A stretch of 63,095 bases of DNA, counting the filler, from Lenisia limosa (taxonomy: Eukaryota; Protista; Breviatea): NCBI GenBank assembly GCA_001655205.1. It is 9 parts of 9 records of this genome, joined end to end, with 100 filler letters (N's around TTAATTAATTAA, not from the genome) between each part and the next. Parts side by side here need not be neighbours in the genome. Positions count along the whole stretch, not along the records: positions 61,691 to 63,095 come from LPNZ01000917.1; 8 more parts are not named here. The stretch is one strand, 5' to 3'. The first letter of the stretch is position 1. Each line of letters begins with the position of its first letter. Positions 61,706 through 63,095 of the stretch are shown here, one piece after another. A program made the position numbers and the translations under genes. The notes beneath the pieces are model-generated. The model was not told the DNA's origin, did no database searches, and saw nothing but the letters and a program-made list of their open reading frames with translations.

Positions 61706-63007
61706 ACCCCTCCAATATCCACACCGGTTGCCGAGGTGATCACGAAAGCGGTGCAAGATGCGGTGATAAAGCCCCTATCCGACCTGGCAACATCGTCTAT
61801 CGTTGCACTTCACGGCTGTCTTGTTGAACAGTGGGGGGGGAGGGGAAGATAATACACCTTGCGTATATGTGTATATGTGCGTGCCGTATGAAGGCGAATG
61901 ATTTTGATATTTTGTTTCCAGTCTCTTTACTCAGCTTCAGCCGGATGGTGGACACGTTCACATCTCTCTCCAAAGAAATGCTCTGCGGTTACGGCTCAAT
62001 GTCGATCTCATTTATGAACGTCGTTTCTGAATCCGTGGGAGAGGGAGTGCTAATTGGTACTAATACTTGTTTTTAATATTAGGCTATCATGATTCTATTC
62101 TATTTTTCATTTGCACTCCTAGTTGTTGCCTATCTCCCTTGGTGCCCCTTTCATCATTCAGCTGGGTACAACTGAGCCGCTCCCCTCACTGGCCACTTTA
62201 ACAGCTATGTTCAAGCAGTTTACAAAGCCAAATAGTCTTGAGGTTGGGATAGGAGCCCTTTTTGGTGTTGTGATTTGTCTTTGGGTGTTGTGATTTGTCT
62301 TTGGGTGTTGTGATTTGTCTTTGGGTGTGAGTAGGGATAATCGGTTTCTCGATAAAAAAAAACCATTTATTGAATAACTAAACGAAAAATGTTCTCAGTA
62401 ACCGTAAATGATTACCGCTGACTGTGTTTAACGAGCTTGTTTAGGCCAGTTTCTTCTGCATTGACCTCGACCCAACTCTGGTAGGATACGTCAATCCTTA
62501 AATAGAATGATAACGTCTTTTATTTAGTTGATATGGTTTAGTTCTATTTCGTGCTATGGTCTTTTTCTCTGTTTTTACTCTTTTTAACAAGTTCTACTCT
62601 ACATTTCCAACCTTCAAAACTAGGTTCACTGCACAGAGTTATGGGCAAATGATTGCATGAATAATATCACACTTCAATTCAATATCTCTTATAAGCGTAA
62701 TGGTATGGAGATTCACCCCTGTTTTATTTCTCATATCTTTTTAGTTATTTTTATTAATATATCTATATTTATATGTATATGTATAATATACTATATCCCA
62801 AATGACTCTCATGAAGTGTAGTTTATTTGACAATGCTAGCAAATAGGACTGATTTTAGGTTTTTTTATTATTATTATTTTATTTTATTTTGTGTATTTTG
62901 TTTTTTGTTTTGTTTTATTCTGAATCTTTTCTATTTTTACCCGCCCCCCACTCTAGGTGATTCCGAGCCCCGTAAGGAGCCCAGAATTTGACAACTGGAA
63001 GAGCCAG
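61706..63007 (+). CDS. Hypothetical protein, five phase-consistent exons, partial
   Basis: Exons at about 61706, 61934, 62123, 62446 and 62957 splice in frame with GT-AG ends. No family recognised. Confidence 0.6.
62261..62327. repeat. 20-bp tandem repeat x3
   Basis: GGTGTTGTGATTTGTCTTTG units. Confidence 0.9.
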
Positions 63008-63019
63008 GTGAGTGGTAGT

Positions 63020-63021
63020 AC

Positions 63022-63082
<61 letters not shown>
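63020..63082. repeat. (CA)n microsatellite
   Basis: Read directly from the sequence. Confidence 0.97.
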
Positions 63083-63086
<4 letters not shown>

Positions 63087-63095
63087 CGCGCATAC

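Noticed and set aside
63020-63082. (CA)n as a telomere or special element
   Set aside because: It is an ordinary intronic microsatellite just after a donor site.

Overview
AT-rich, intron-dense eukaryotic genomic DNA from a draft assembly. Eight 100-bp joins (44 N + TTAATTAATTAA + 44 N) split it into nine pieces, and many smaller N gaps start at G/C homopolymers. The long ORFs in the track are mostly gap read-throughs; the real genes appear only by hand-splicing short exons. Genes recognised that way: an 11-exon bacterial-type PARG, an ankyrin-repeat protein, a cytohesin-like Sec7-PH ArfGEF, USB1, exocyst Sec15/EXOC6, a fibrinogen-related-domain protein, a ubiquitin-like domain and a USP fragment, a Dbl RhoGEF fragment, SART1/Snu66 and a TSC2-like Rap-GAP. 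Introns hold several families of short palindromic MITE-like elements. The 42-56 kb region is a transposon graveyard (intron-containing pogo-like transposase, foldback element, tyrosine-recombinase retroelement, Gypsy RT), much of it inside one 7.3-kb SART1 intron. The most unusual signal is a polarised intron architecture: weak donors followed by G-runs, and acceptors preceded by C-runs. All gene models and family calls are manual motif recognition with no database search; boundaries are approximate where stated.
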